A DNA stretch of 63,518 bases, counting the filler, from Octopus bimaculoides (Eukaryota): NCBI RefSeq assembly GCF_001194135.2. It is 6 parts of 6 records of this genome, joined end to end, with 100 filler letters (N's around TTAATTAATTAA, not from the genome) between each part and the next. Parts side by side here need not be neighbours in the genome. Positions count along the whole stretch, not along the records: positions 19,067 to 32,698 come from NC_068985.1; positions 32,799 to 46,128 come from NC_068988.1; 4 more parts are not named here. One strand, 5' to 3'. The notes under the pieces were generated by a model that had not been told where the DNA came from, searched no databases, and saw only the letters and a list, made by a program, of their open reading frames with translations. The translations under genes were made by a program, and so were the position numbers. Below are positions 22,765-35,479 of the stretch, one piece after another. Every line of letters begins with the position of its first letter. Position 1 is the stretch's first letter.

Positions 22765-25700
22765 ATATATATACATATATACATATAGATGCAGGAGTGG
22801 CTGCGTGGTAGAAGCTTCTCAACCACATGGTTCCTGGTTGNNNNNNNNNNNNNNNNNNNNNNNNNNNNNNNNNNNNNNNNNNNNNNNNNNNNNNNNNNNN
22901 NNNNNNNNNNNNNNNNNNNNNNNNNNNNNNNNNNNNNNNNNNNNNNNNNNNNNNNNNNNNNNNNNNNNNNNNNNNNNNNNNNNNNNNNNNNNNNNNNNNN
23001 NNGTCTCTCTAAAGGAGACTACGGCAGCGGTACTGGAAATTAATAGTTATCGCCAAGCCAACATGGCAGTCCCAAAATTAGGACGAAAGCTGCCGTGAAT
23101 TAGCTCCAAGAAGCCATCGCCTCTAGCTAGCTATGTGACACACGAAACCTGTGTCCTTTATAACCTTCGAACAGGGGAGGTCAGCAGTGTCCCCCTGCTG
23201 GTTTGGCATCTGCAGACTAGACTAGTTTCAGGGTGTTGCCCCTTGTCAATGCAGAGTAGCCAATATATATATATAAATAAAGTCAGAATATTACATAGGG
23301 TGACCAATAGTCCTAGTCTACAGTTCTGCACAGCAGCCATTGAAATTAAGAACTTGTGCTAGCGAATTGATATTTCGTCAATATTCTTGGGCGTTTTTCA
23401 ATGATAGATTTACGTAACTGTCTTAGAAAGTTGTTATAGTATTGATGGTGTGGCCCTGTCGAAGATAATCACATACACTTAATTTATATTTATTTAAGTA
23501 TAAATACGGGAATGTAACGGCTGTCCATGAAGGAGTGATGCTAGAGCGGTGGTATTCTGAATACATTAATTTTAACAGTAATTTTAACAGTCTTTATTGA
23601 TATTTACATTATTTCATCTGACCATTCAAAAATGACGACTCTGTGCCGGTAAACCCTCATTTTACAAGGAGATATATTCATCATTGACTGCATAACATGG
23701 TGTAACATTCATACGTAATTGAAGATGTTAAGATATAGCATCCCAATAATTTAAGTTTTTTATTAAAATAGATTAACCAAAACAATAATTTACAATTGCA
23801 AGTAAATATTAATAAAAGTAAATGTAGGCAAGAATAGGAAATTTAAAGAATATAAAATTCATAAACTGTGTTCCTGAACCATTCGTCAGATAACAGCAGA
23901 AATGTTACACCTATTTTAATAATGAACATTGAATTCCAATTATTGAAAAGTAAACTGAAGCAATATTACCTGAAAGGCTGTATCTAATACTTAAGTTTGA
24001 CCGCAATTTACACGTAACACTTATATCTCTATTTGCAATATCATGTAAATTCCTACGGGGTTTTGCCTAATCCCTTTCTTATATCTCTCCTACATGAGTT
24101 GCTTTTTCTTTGTCACACTTCAAATCATTGTCAGTGAAAGGAAACATCTGCGTCAAGAAAACATAATCATGCTAGACAATAGAGTATGAAGATAATACAA
24201 AGTCATTATATAGCAACTTTTAAAACTAATATTACAGCTGCTGCCTTTTATTTTGCAATACATACACTACGTCTAATAAAGTCTTATACTTTTCGGAAGT
24301 AAAAAAAACAAAAAAACTACACTAACAGAATATTATCCACACTCTTCTCTATGTACATACGTCAATATGAATCTCACTGGTTGTCTCTGTTTGCCTCCCT
24401 CCTTCACTCCTTCCTCTCTGCCTCTTTCCTGTTTATATAACTCTTACGTTTTTTTCACTCTCACTAACTATCATTTAACTAAACGAACGAGATGAAGCTA
24501 AGAGGATGAACTGAATAAACAATGAATTTTACCATGAAATTCCTCTGATCTTCAAACCACGGTTAAGAGTAAACAATGATTTCAGTTCTTTTTTTTATAT
24601 CATGACTTTTTCCTGGAAAGTTCTACTCTTTCGTTGTCTCATTAAACTCTTATACTTTCCATTTTATTTTATTTATTTTCTTTCCAATCTTGAAACATTT
24701 GTTTTTTTTTTTTACTTAAATGAATGAATTATTTTGGCTAGACGTTGTACATGCACACTTCACTGGCTTTTGTTTTGTTTAACTCAACATGGTGATTTGC
24801 TCTTAAAGCCAGTTGAAGCTACTATTCATTTCGTGGGGTAGTTGTGGTGTTCATTATTTTAGCATATGGAAATGTTCGCAGTAATAGAGGTGAAAGAGTC
24901 GGAAATATAGTTTTCAATTAAGATCCCGAGTGAACCGATTCCGTATCATTGTATTATAATGTTACAAAATTCTTAATGACTCATGTATTTAAGTCTATAT
25001 AGTTTATAAATTAAAGAATTATTCTACATTGGAATGGAAATTGTCAAAAATGTTGAATGTTGAGATTTGCACTTATGTAATAGGGGATTTAGTCAGATTT
25101 TCGTACTATACACCAGAAATAGTTAATGTAAACCATTTTATGAACAATTTACATAGAATCACACACGCATTTTTCTCTAACGCTTATTCACACACATATC
25201 GTTATACACATACACACACACATATTTACATANNNNNNNNNNTATATATACGAGTGCTACTTATATTTTATATCAAAAGAAGACCCCTAAACTCCACTAA
25301 AACAACGTCTGATATTATGTTAGTAGGGACAGTTAGTAACGCAAATATTGAATCCTAGTCGGGTAAATGAATAATGAAACGAAATAAAAAAAATATATAT
25401 TATTTATAACAATTACCGCATATTCTTTCAAATAATTTGGCAAGAGACTCTAAATGTCCGTGCGTATACTATTTACAAATGGAGTAAGCTGTAATATCGA
25501 CATTGCAGTTATTTTGTTTATGCAATTGTAAGTACCTCGGTTACGAAAGACCTGGTTGTAGATGTTTAAGGTACGGTTTATTACAAACAAATGTAAACCG
25601 CTGAAGTGCAGCGATTTCAACATGTGCGCTGTGTTACCTCCCTTACTTTCTGCGATGATGGATATTAAATAATTTCTTTTATGCTGAATTTTCGTTTCCT

Positions 25701-26535
25701 CTCTTTGAAATGTATTTTAGATGTTTATCTTGTAGAATAAATTTATGTATGGAATATTCAGTCATTATCCGATAAAATTGGGGTAAAATTGTGGATTAAA
25801 GAGAAACGTTCTTTCATGATACGTTTGAATAAACTTGAAATAAAATAACCGAGAGTTTACCGTTTTAATTCAGCGTCTTTTCTGAGTTATATTACATACT
25901 ACATATAACGCATTGTTTATATATTTTTATTTGTTAGACATTTTTCATCAGGCAGTAGTTTTAATTTTGAGTGTTTATAATTTCAGATGAAATAAAAAAA
26001 AAAAAAACTTACTTGTTATGCTAGATTTTTCGATGTCAGTGAATCTTAAAATTAATTCGCGCATTAGTTGTAGCCCTTCTAAATCATTCTATGAAATAAA
26101 TACTAAGCTGTGCCAAAAACATTATTCTGCTAAATTATAGAATTCACCCTGCTTAAACTCCAAATCTTGTATTTGTGCTATTTACAAATGAAATAGGCTA
26201 TAATGTCAATATTGCAGTCATTTTGTGTATGCAATTCTAAGGACCAGCGATTTCAACATTTGTGCTGTGTTGTCTCCCTTACTTTCAGCGATGATGGATA
26301 TTAAATCATGTCTTCTTTACTGTATTCTATTTTCGTGTTCTCACTCTATGTATTTTAGATGTTCGTCTTGCTTGCACATATATAGATTGGGTACCAGAGC
26401 TATATTAGATATATAAACACAAAATAGATTTATTCTTTAGCACATAGCTTTATGGGTACTCAAGCAAGACTTTTGGGAGACGGAGCAGGATGTATTTTTC
26501 CATGCATGACGCTAAGAAATAAGTACTATGCTGTA

Positions 26536-26823
26536 GAGCGGTTCTACTCAAAGTGGTGGTCCGCAAACCGGTGCCGGTCAACGAGCCATCAGCTGCCGGT
26601 ACGCGCCGAGTTTCCAGACAAGAAAGAAACATTGAGGTATGCTTATAAAATGCTTATGTAAAATTGTATTACTTGTTTACAAAATGAATATAAGATAAAG
26701 TAAATTGTCAACTTTTATTATATTCATTATAAATATTTCCCGTATAAATTGATATTACCAGTCCCTAGCACATTGGAAAAAGAAACTGCTGGTTCACCAT
26801 ATCAGTTACTTTCAAAAGTACTG
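26536..26823. mobile_element. hAT/Charlie-like MITE
   Basis: Ends gagcggttctactcaaagtggtggtccgc and the reverse complement cagtacttttgaaagt...gaaccagcag resemble CAG..CT.CTCAAAGTG.GGTCC hAT-Charlie termini. Confidence 0.55.
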
Positions 26824-26937
26824 ATCTATAACCAATAAACCTGTTAAAGAATATAATGTGAGAAATGTCGCCAACGAACACTGAAATAATTTCCGTTTTT
26901 ATTTTAAGAAATTTTTTTTTTAGTTTATTGAATAATT

Positions 26938-27560
26938 GGATCTTTTTTAAAACGGGGGCCAAATTTTTCATTAACGAAACACTTTGAAACTTGGAACACT
27001 GGTAGAATGTGTCATATAAAACATCTTCTTCTCTTAGTATTCTTAAAAAAAAAAGAAATCCATAAATTATTCCATGTTAAAGTTGTCGTATTTCTGTAAT
27101 TTCAACCAATCACTGACGTCCATTCAGCCGATATACATTAAGTGCCGACTACATAAACAAACGATTCTGAAACAATTAACCCTAACCCTAACCCTAACTC
27201 TAACCCTAACCCTAGGGTTAGGGTTAGGGTTAGGGTTAGGATTAGGGTTAGAGTTAGGGTTAGGGTTAAAGCAAATTTAAAATGAAAAAAAGCAAATAAA
27301 ACGAAGGTATGGAGATTAAATACGCTTTACATCGTTTAATGAGCCAAAGGAGTAAATGTAAACAACTGAATACTTGTCAGTGATTGGTTGAAATTATCGA
27401 AATAAGACAATTTTTTACATGAAATAAATTCGGATACAAAAATATTTTTCTGTTCTATAACACAAAATAGATAAGTATACGAAGTTTGAAAGTCTTTCGG
27501 TACCAAAAACACTATGTAAAACATTAATGAAAAATGTGGCCCCCGTTTTAAAAAAGATCC
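26938..27560. mobile_element. Non-autonomous fold-back DNA transposon with a central telomeric-repeat palindrome
   Basis: 37-bp TIRs (36/37 identical) at 26938-26974 and 27524-27560; flanking 8-bp direct repeat GAATAATT (26930-26937, 27561-27568); inner inverted repeat about 27073-27117 / 27376-27421; (CCCTAA)~6 then (TTAGGG)~9 at 27176-27269. Confidence 0.85.
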
Positions 27561-29394
27561 GAATAATTCTCTGTGACACTCTTTAAATATTGTTGCAATA
27601 TATGACACATACAAGATTTGCAATAATGATAATACAGTACGTAACAGTAGTAACAGTATGTAAAATAATCCTGAAAATGTCGTCTTGAGAGTGGCATTAA
27701 AGGCAGCATTTTATGTGTTTTCAAATACATAAGGTCAGAATGTTGTGACAAGAATCTTCCGAGTATTCGTATTTAAGTTATGCCATGATTGACAGACTCC
27801 AGTTTTTAATAGATACATTTCAATGTCCAGCATGTGTGTTATTTTTATGACTATTTGCTAAACAAGATTTATAGATATTTCACAGCCGATGAATTTTATC
27901 CTACATTTAACACATCCAGATTCACCAAGATGAAAATATTCGTAAAGGAAAATCGAATTAAAAGTTTGGTTTAAAGACCCAGTTATTATTTGAATAGTGT
28001 GTGTCTGAGATTCCAGTGGAAGTCGAATAAATAATATAATATGAATATAAATGATGACTGGATTAAAATATTTTGACAGCTGTGCAAAATGAAGAGAGAG
28101 AAATCGAAAATGATATGAAATAATCTTTTATTCTCTTAATTATTTTAGACTAAGTGCTGTGACAATGTTAGAATAGTGTCGATATATATGAAAATCTTCA
28201 GTGAGATTTGATTATAAAGGCGTAGGTAAATCACAATGACAAACATTTCCGACAGCAATGCGTGTCTTTCCCTCTATGTTAAGTTGTTTAAATTTGGTGG
28301 CTGAAGGTACCTTGTTGTCATCAAGAATATATTTCAACAATGGTCATGATTCTTTACAATACAAGACAATGGGCATTCAAAAGTCAAAAACTGATTGCAG
28401 AAGTTTAGTGAATAATAATTAGTTAAACGAAACTTATAAAAATTGAGATGTTGCAGACTACGAAACCAAAAATTTCATTTAACCTCCATTTTGTGTGATT
28501 ATTCTTATAGAACTTGAGTGTTACCCGTACTCTGATGTGTTACTTTGAAGAGTTTTGCTACTTTAAAGAATACAAATAAATATGCCATACTTAAATTATA
28601 AGTTTTCTTATCAAATACTTTAGTGTTTATATAAAATAATGAAATTATTTGTTATTACCTTAAAGTAGTATTATATAGAGGTAATATATTTTTGATTGTG
28701 TTTTTAAAAAGAATATGTTATTGTTTTTTAAACGCTTTAAATGTAGCCGAAAGAGGACCCATCGAAAATTTCTTTCTGCAAAATTTCAAATAAAAAAGCA
28801 TATTTATTCAATGAGAGTATTATAGGAATCAAAATAAGACGGGGTTACCTAACCGAGCTTATCTTTCTGTTTCTTTATGTTTATATGCCAATCAGCCCCT
28901 CTCTTTCTACCGTGCATATTAGGTGCATTCATCCTAAACATTTCATTCTGTCTTTCTGTGTATTTTACTTTCATTTGTCAAATTCACTGTTCCCTAAACA
29001 AAGCGACTGAAAAAAAAGAAAACCAACCAACACATATAGCGGCTATCGTTTTATAGAGATTGGTTATAGTATTTTTAAATGGAAACAAGTCTATACTTAC
29101 TAATTAAGAGCAAGTGGATACCTTGTCGCTATTTAACAATACAAAAATCAATATTTTAGCACTGATTCAATTAACCATAGAAATAGATTTGGTGAAATAG
29201 TTTTGTGACATCTTTTGATTTCAATAGATTTGAAGAGATTTCAATAGTTTTCACAGCACATTCCTCACAACCGAATACACAAGAACATACACATACATGT
29301 ACATTTATATACATGCAAATATACATACATACATACATACATATATATATATATGTATGTGTGTGTGTGTGTGTGTGTGTGCGTGTGTGTAAAC

Positions 29395-29437
<43 letters not shown>

Positions 29438-30039
29438 TTTATTGTACTGTTTAAAGAATGTTTGCATTACACACATTACTGTCATACCAAAGACTCTGCA
29501 ATACAATAATTTGTTGAGACGTTATATATCAAATTATATTTAATATCACTAACGTTTCGAACTGGCGTACATATACTTCGATGAACGTACACATACTGCT
29601 AAGCAAATAAATATATACACTACTATATATTATTTGTCAATACAAATATTAGATGACATATACACGTTTCGACCAAAGATTGGTCCAGGCCATGTCTAAC
29701 TGAATAGCCCCACTTGGTTAGAGCATATATTTAACTGGAAATTTGCTATTGCGGTATTTGATTGATATCTACTCCACATACTTAAATGTTGTCTTCAAAC
29801 ACGTTCAGTTATAATATATATTTGTTGTAATGTGAGGAATAATCTAGCGTCTAAATTTGGATGTCACACTCTAGAAAATACTTTCGATCAAATCTTAGCT
29901 TTTGCTCATATTTTTATTAGTGTTGATTCAAAGTTTCTCAATATTTTCGTAATTTATTTGTCACATTTTTAAGCTTACAACAAATGTAGCCCAGCATTCA
30001 AAGTAGAGGCCATCGTGTTGCACCACCTTTCTGCTACTT

Positions 30040-30700
30040 TTATGCCAGTTCTTTGATCCCACGCTTACACCGGCTCTTGTCCTTCGAAACGAAGACCTCG
30101 TTCACTAAAGCTTCCACCACCGCTTGCTTGGTGAAACGTTGCGAACTCTGGAAATAGGACTTGGATCGGAACAAATAGTAATCTGAGTGAACACAGTTCA
30201 AACTATATGCTGTCTGTGGAAACAGTTCGATCCTCTCAAGGTCGTTCGAATGGTAGGAGGCATTGCGTTTTCTAGCTACAGAACAGCTCATTTTATGTTA
30301 ATGTCAGCTACGTTTTCGGCACAGTGGCACACATCAGCTCCAGCTACTCAGAGTACAAGTTGGCATCGATAGTTTGGTCGTTAGGAATGAAATTGTAGTG
30401 AATTACCCTCTCATGATTAAACCAGATTCAGTGCATCACCTTCTGTTCGAAACGCCCATCATTCACGATATATTCCAAACGCCGGGCCTTACATATCCAC
30501 TGCTTATGGCCGTGAGGATTGTGGAAAAATATATTCCACCAATTATTACTTCTTCACGGCAAACTAAATGCTCTCCTTTTCCAGGAAGAAATGGCTGCTT
30601 CAGTGAACGAGCTTTTCACTTCGAAGGAAAATAACTGGTATTAGCATGAGATCATAGAACCAGAACTACAAGGTGGCTTCAGACAGTGCAACATGATGAA
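30040..30700 (-). mobile_element. Mariner transposase pseudogene fragment
   Basis: IELFPQTAYSLNCVHSDYYLFRSKSYFQSSQRFTKQAVVEALVNEVFVSKDKSRCKRGIKELA resembles HPPYSPDLAPSDYYLFRS...GI..L; degraded upstream catalytic region. Confidence 0.75.
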
Positions 30701-31337
30701 CCCTACTTAGAATGCATGACTGCATATATCTATGAAACTTTCTTGAAAAAAGCAAGTAGGTTACTAAAATATAATTAAACGTATCCCAACACAGTATATT
30801 ACATTCTCATTGAAAATGTGTTTTTAAATCAAAGTTGCTTGTTGGTCTCACTAAAGGTAGAGAATTTTGGTTTTCTTGGGAATGTTAGTAGTTTCTGTGA
30901 TTGTATTACTTTTCAATTATTAAATGTTCGTTGTTTATGTATTACTTGAACTAATATCTTAAAAACATGCCCTTAATTTCATAACTCACATATTTTTCCG
31001 TATTCATATTAAATGTATATTTAGATGTCATGTTTTATTTAGAGTATTTTGAAAGTCGGTTCACTTTTTTCACGTATTTTTTTTTCTTTTGTCTAGACAT
31101 CCTAGTTTATTTAGCGGCCATTTGGGAATATTACAGCGAAAATCTATTAATGTAGCATCTGGAATACTATTGCTTTTTAGTTTATATCTATATCCAAATC
31201 CTTTTACAATATTATTCTAATGTGTCTATTATGTATATTTTTTATTGCTTAATCTCTTCTCTCTTGTTCGACATTATTAGGCATTTGTATATTGGTTGTT
31301 AATGTAATTCAGTTATATTGAGTTATTTCACAAGTTA

Positions 31338-31660
31338 GTGGCTGCACGGGAAGAACTTTGCTTCCGAACCACCTCGTTTAGAGTTCAGTATCACAGCGTG
31401 GCAACTTAGAGAAGTGTTTTCTACTATCGCCACGGACCTACGAAAACCTCGTGTATATATCTATGACTCTTTCTCTTGTCTGATATATTCAGCCGCCTCC
31501 GTTTGGCCACCCGCGTTTGTGCGTTTATTACCCCGTAAGAGAACGGTGGTTCGGAAAAAAATTAACGATGGAATATGTATGTGTATTAGCAAAACTATAA
31601 ATACCGAAGTTAATTCATTCGACTAAAATTCTTCCAGACAGTACTCCAGCATAGCTGCGC
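31338..31660 (+). mobile_element. SINE family C, degraded
   Basis: gtggctgcacgggaagaactttgcttccgaaccac head; aagtgttttctactat body. Confidence 0.65.
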
Positions 31661-32141
31661 TCTTGAGTAAGACAACGCAAGTTTCTAAACAGTGCCTGCA
31701 ATGGCATATTTTAGTAAATGGATAAAATGGAGTGTTCAAAACTGTATATAATCTGAGGCGAAGAATTTGAAGTCGCTCATGTATATTCCCTTTGGTTACT
31801 GGCGCAGGATAACGTGTTGATTAAAGGAGTTAGCGTAGGAGGATGAAAAATAAAAGAAAAGCAAATGTTAGATAAAAGGAATAGAGTGACAACATTAATC
31901 TATATCACATAACTTCATTTATATGATTATATTTACATATTTTGTGCCTACCAAAATCTTTACACAACTGAATGAATCTATATTTTGGCTTCAAATTCTG
32001 GAAGAAAGCCAGTATTTTCGTGGGAGTGGGGAAAGTCAATTTCATCGAGTTCAATTGTTAAACTTTTATCGATTTCAAAAGGCTGAATTGCAACAAACGG
32101 CAGAATTTGCACTAAGAATATATGGACGGAGNNNNNNNNNN

Positions 32142-32174
<33 letters not shown>

Positions 32175-32176
32175 AA

Positions 32177-32310
32177 GGAGCCTGGCTCAATGGTTAGAAC
32201 CTCACAAACTTCATATTGTGAGTTCGATTCCCGGACCGGGATGTGTGTTGTCTTGAGCAAAATGATTAATTTCACGCTGCTCTAGTTCACTCAGCTGTAG
32301 ACGTAAGTTG
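32177..32310 (+). mobile_element. SINE family B
   Basis: ggctcaatggttagaac head and ttgtcttgagcaaaa body. Confidence 0.7.
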
Positions 32311-32407
32311 CGACGTCACTATATCTATCTATCTATCTCTATATATGTGTGTGTCTCTGTATGTGTGTGTTTGTGTGTGTATATATATATATATATATTA
32401 TTATTAT

Positions 32408-32560
32408 TTACATTATTTACATTTGACGGATATTCGTCCTCATCTTGTTTGTTGTTAACACAACGTTTCGGCTGATATACCCTCCAGCCTTCGTCAGGTG
32501 TCTTGGGGAAATTTCGAACCTGGGTTCTCATTCCTATCGATGTTACTATTATTATTATTA
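32408..32560 (-). mobile_element. Penelope-like retroelement terminal remnant flanked by (ATT)n
   Basis: Contains the CCTGACGAAGGC..GCCGAAACG signature typical of Penelope-like pLTR ends; embedded in TAA microsatellite. Confidence 0.6.
32457..32502 (-). ncRNA. Candidate minimal type I hammerhead ribozyme
   Basis: Minus strand: GACAC-CUGACGA-A-GGCUG(GAGGGUAUAU)CAGCC-GAAAC-GUU-GUGUU; stem I GACAC/GUGUU, stem II GGCUG/CAGCC, palindromic AACGUU stem III. Confidence 0.55.
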
Positions 32561-32798
32561 TTATTTTATTATTATTATTACTATTATTAATCAGGTCGCT
32601 GCCGTGAATCGAACTCGGAACCTTCCTCAATACCGGTTCCCATATGCTATTCATATCTGCACTCGGTCTGCTTAGGAGGTTGTTGTGTCCTAGCATATNN
32701 NNNNNNNNNNNNNNNNNNNNNNNNNNNNNNNNNNNNNNNNNNTTAATTAATTAANNNNNNNNNNNNNNNNNNNNNNNNNNNNNNNNNNNNNNNNNNNN

Positions 32799-32835
<37 letters not shown>

Positions 32836-32956
32836 CAGGGTGATTCAAAAGTCACCATACATAGGGAAAAAAATTTTTTTTATAAGAAACAGTTAAATAA
32901 AAAATACTTTCTTATAAAAAAATAAACTGTTATGTATGGCGACTTTTGAATGGTCC
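32836..32956. mobile_element. About 120-bp Tc1/mariner-type MITE
   Basis: Imperfect TIRs cagggtgattcaaaagtcaccatacata and tatgtatggcgacttttgaatggtcc around an AT-rich core; preceded by TA. Confidence 0.6.
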
Positions 32957-32959
32957 ACC

Positions 32960-33140
32960 ACGAATTATAGGCTTATAATGCCGGTTTTCCCAGATTCGGT
33001 GGTGTTACCCCTTCATCTGGACTTAGCAGCTGAGTGGAATCGAGCAAAGTGAAATAAAGTATTTTGCTCAAAAACACAACACAACGTCCGGCCCGAGAAT
33101 CGAAACCACAACCTTACGACGAAATCACGCGCCTTCACAA
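32960..33140 (-). mobile_element. SINE family B
   Basis: Reverse-complement copy. Confidence 0.7.
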
Positions 33141-34241
33141 AAAGTTTTATTTTTGTAATGTATCATTTTTCACACTCAAAATTGTCGAAGCAAGGAATAA
33201 ACTACCAGTTTCACTTGTCAGAGGTCAGGACACTTCAAAAATTTTGGCTACTTAAAATCCTCCAACACCATTCCGGGCTTGCCAAGGCACCTTTCTTCTT
33301 TATCACTATTTTCTATCCCGTTTTTGTTGTAATCTATGTAGCGTGCATGTGCATGTAGCTTTCATTGCTGTATTTCTTTACTTGGCTGCTTTTTTTTTTG
33401 CCCCCTCTTTTCCAATGTGTTTTAGTGCCTCCGAACACTATATACAATAAGCTCATTATTATTTTAAAATTCTGGCCGTAGGTGCCCAGTAACGAAGTGC
33501 TTCAATATGGAGATTGAATCCGTAATGCCCGTCTCGTCTCCACAACTGTTTAAACTTTGGCTTCTCTGGGAGTACTGTGGTCTTTTGACAGGTTTTATTT
33601 TTAATCCTCATTTATCCCCACACACCCTCCTCATCCAGTAAACTAAGAGATGAACAGCTTAGTCACTGAGCCCCTGACCATGAAACAAAATTTCTGGGTT
33701 CCAGGTACCATTAACAGGTACAACATGACCTGGCCAAATTACTATGTAATAAATATACTCATAACAAAACAGAGAACTTTGATGAAAATACTTTTTGTTG
33801 GCTTCCAACATGGTTAAGTTTCAAATTGCAACCCTTGGCCAAATAAATCTACTACAGCATAAAATCGGACAAGAATTTCCAAGAATACCATATATGTTAA
33901 AACATTTAACCGAAAGATATTGGTAATAAATTTGTCAGACAAGAGAAAACTATCAAACACCCTCCAAACATGAATAAAATAAGCACGAGGTTCTAATATA
34001 TGTATAAAACATGGGAATTTAGTAATAAACTTTTGCCATCAAAAAATTCTTCCAAAAGTGTCATGCATTAAATAAGAAAAGCAATTAAGTTCGACAAATA
34101 TATTTTCATTAAGATTCAAGTGAGTATTTGGAATGACATTGTAATTCATTTAGAAACCCTCAGCTTTGGAACGGAATGCATTTGTGCAGGATATATATTG
34201 CGTTTCTTCGTAACATGCTGGCGAGGATAGAACTCACTCAC

Positions 34242-34326
34242 CTGTTGCAACATCCAGCAAGTAAATGATGGCAGACAGAACAACAATTGCCACATCTTGG
34301 CTGTGAAAATCTCTTCCAGTTGACAT
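34242..34326 (-). CDS. Candidate first coding exon (signal peptide or XK-related TM1)
   Basis: ATG preceded by in-frame stops; MSTGRDFHSQDVAIVVLSAIIYLLDVAT, then a strong donor CAG|gtgagt (phase 1); lies downstream of a CpG-richer patch at about 34560-34620. Confidence 0.5.
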
Positions 34327-35479
34327 ATTCTGCGGTACATTATCCTGAATTCCCTTCCGGAGACCAGGTACTCATTAAAATCATCGTTATCAAATAAATT
34401 CCATGAAAGAGAATCCACAGAGTTGTTATTTCTTTTATCTTATCTCATTCTCCCGTAAAAAACAATAAAAATGTAACTATTTCCTGGATCCACTCTGTCG
34501 TGTACACCTCTTGTTTTTCCTTCGTTTCATTCATTCATTCTATGTAAGTAAGAATCCCAAATTGCGTCCGCGCTTCGTTGCCGTCCGCCGAACAAACTGG
34601 TCGCATCTCTAATGAGGGTTTGTTTGAATTTGGCGGATAGATAAAATGTTATCATGTGACAACAGTTTCATCTAATTACAGGGATTTGCCTGTCTTGAAG
34701 CCTTACTGCTCACTTGTTGCATGTGTCAACTAATCATCGTCGGGACGGATTGCTTTTTAAGCCGTGAACGGGGCTCATTGTTGCAGTAATTATATTAATA
34801 CTTATGTTTATGGAAGAGCTTTGGGGATATAATAATAATACAGCAGGGCTACTTTCGTTCTTTTCAATGAATGCTGTGAAGAAGCAACTATTATATAATT
34901 GCTGCCAAAAACGCATTCATTTACATAAAGTAACACAACACGACGGAAGCATGTTGTGGGAAATATTCATGCTAGACATAGCAGTCAACTTCCCTTCTAA
35001 ATACATTACACGTTGGATAACGGAATATTGGGTTCTCTGCATGTAAGAAAATCATGGCAATAGACAGGGTTGGAATATTTTAGATAATAGGGTCTGCTAC
35101 ACCAAGACTGGCTTTGGTTAAACAACAACAACAACAACACCTTTAACCAGTTTATGTAATTCTTTTAGACTCGTGTTGAAATGAAAATCATAAAAAAATA
35201 CTTATACATTACGTTTTCTTCTTCTTCTTTTGTCACATAGTTTTATCTAACGATGTTTCCTTTACTTCAAATAATTAAATCTGTTTGTCGTCATGTTATT
35301 TAACAAGTATTATCAACAGGTAAAACCGAGTTAGTGTTTTCAAACGTAAATTAACTGCGGATTTGCTGATGAAATTTAAATAAAGAATTTAGGACGACAA
35401 GGAATTTAAAAAAAACAAAAAAAAAAACTCAATTTAAATCGAAGAAACACTACAACTGACAATCAACAACTGAAATTCA

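Noticed and set aside
27176-27269. Telomere-telomere fusion scar
   Set aside because: A fusion gives (TTAGGG)n then (CCCTAA)n. Here the order is reversed and the array sits inside a TIR/TSD-bounded element with a second copy in the window.
34146-34418. ORF-track frame MDSLSWNLF... as the product of this exon
   Set aside because: It starts at a non-ATG codon. The alternative frame has an ATG with upstream stops and a coherent hydrophobic segment, although this frame is not formally excluded.
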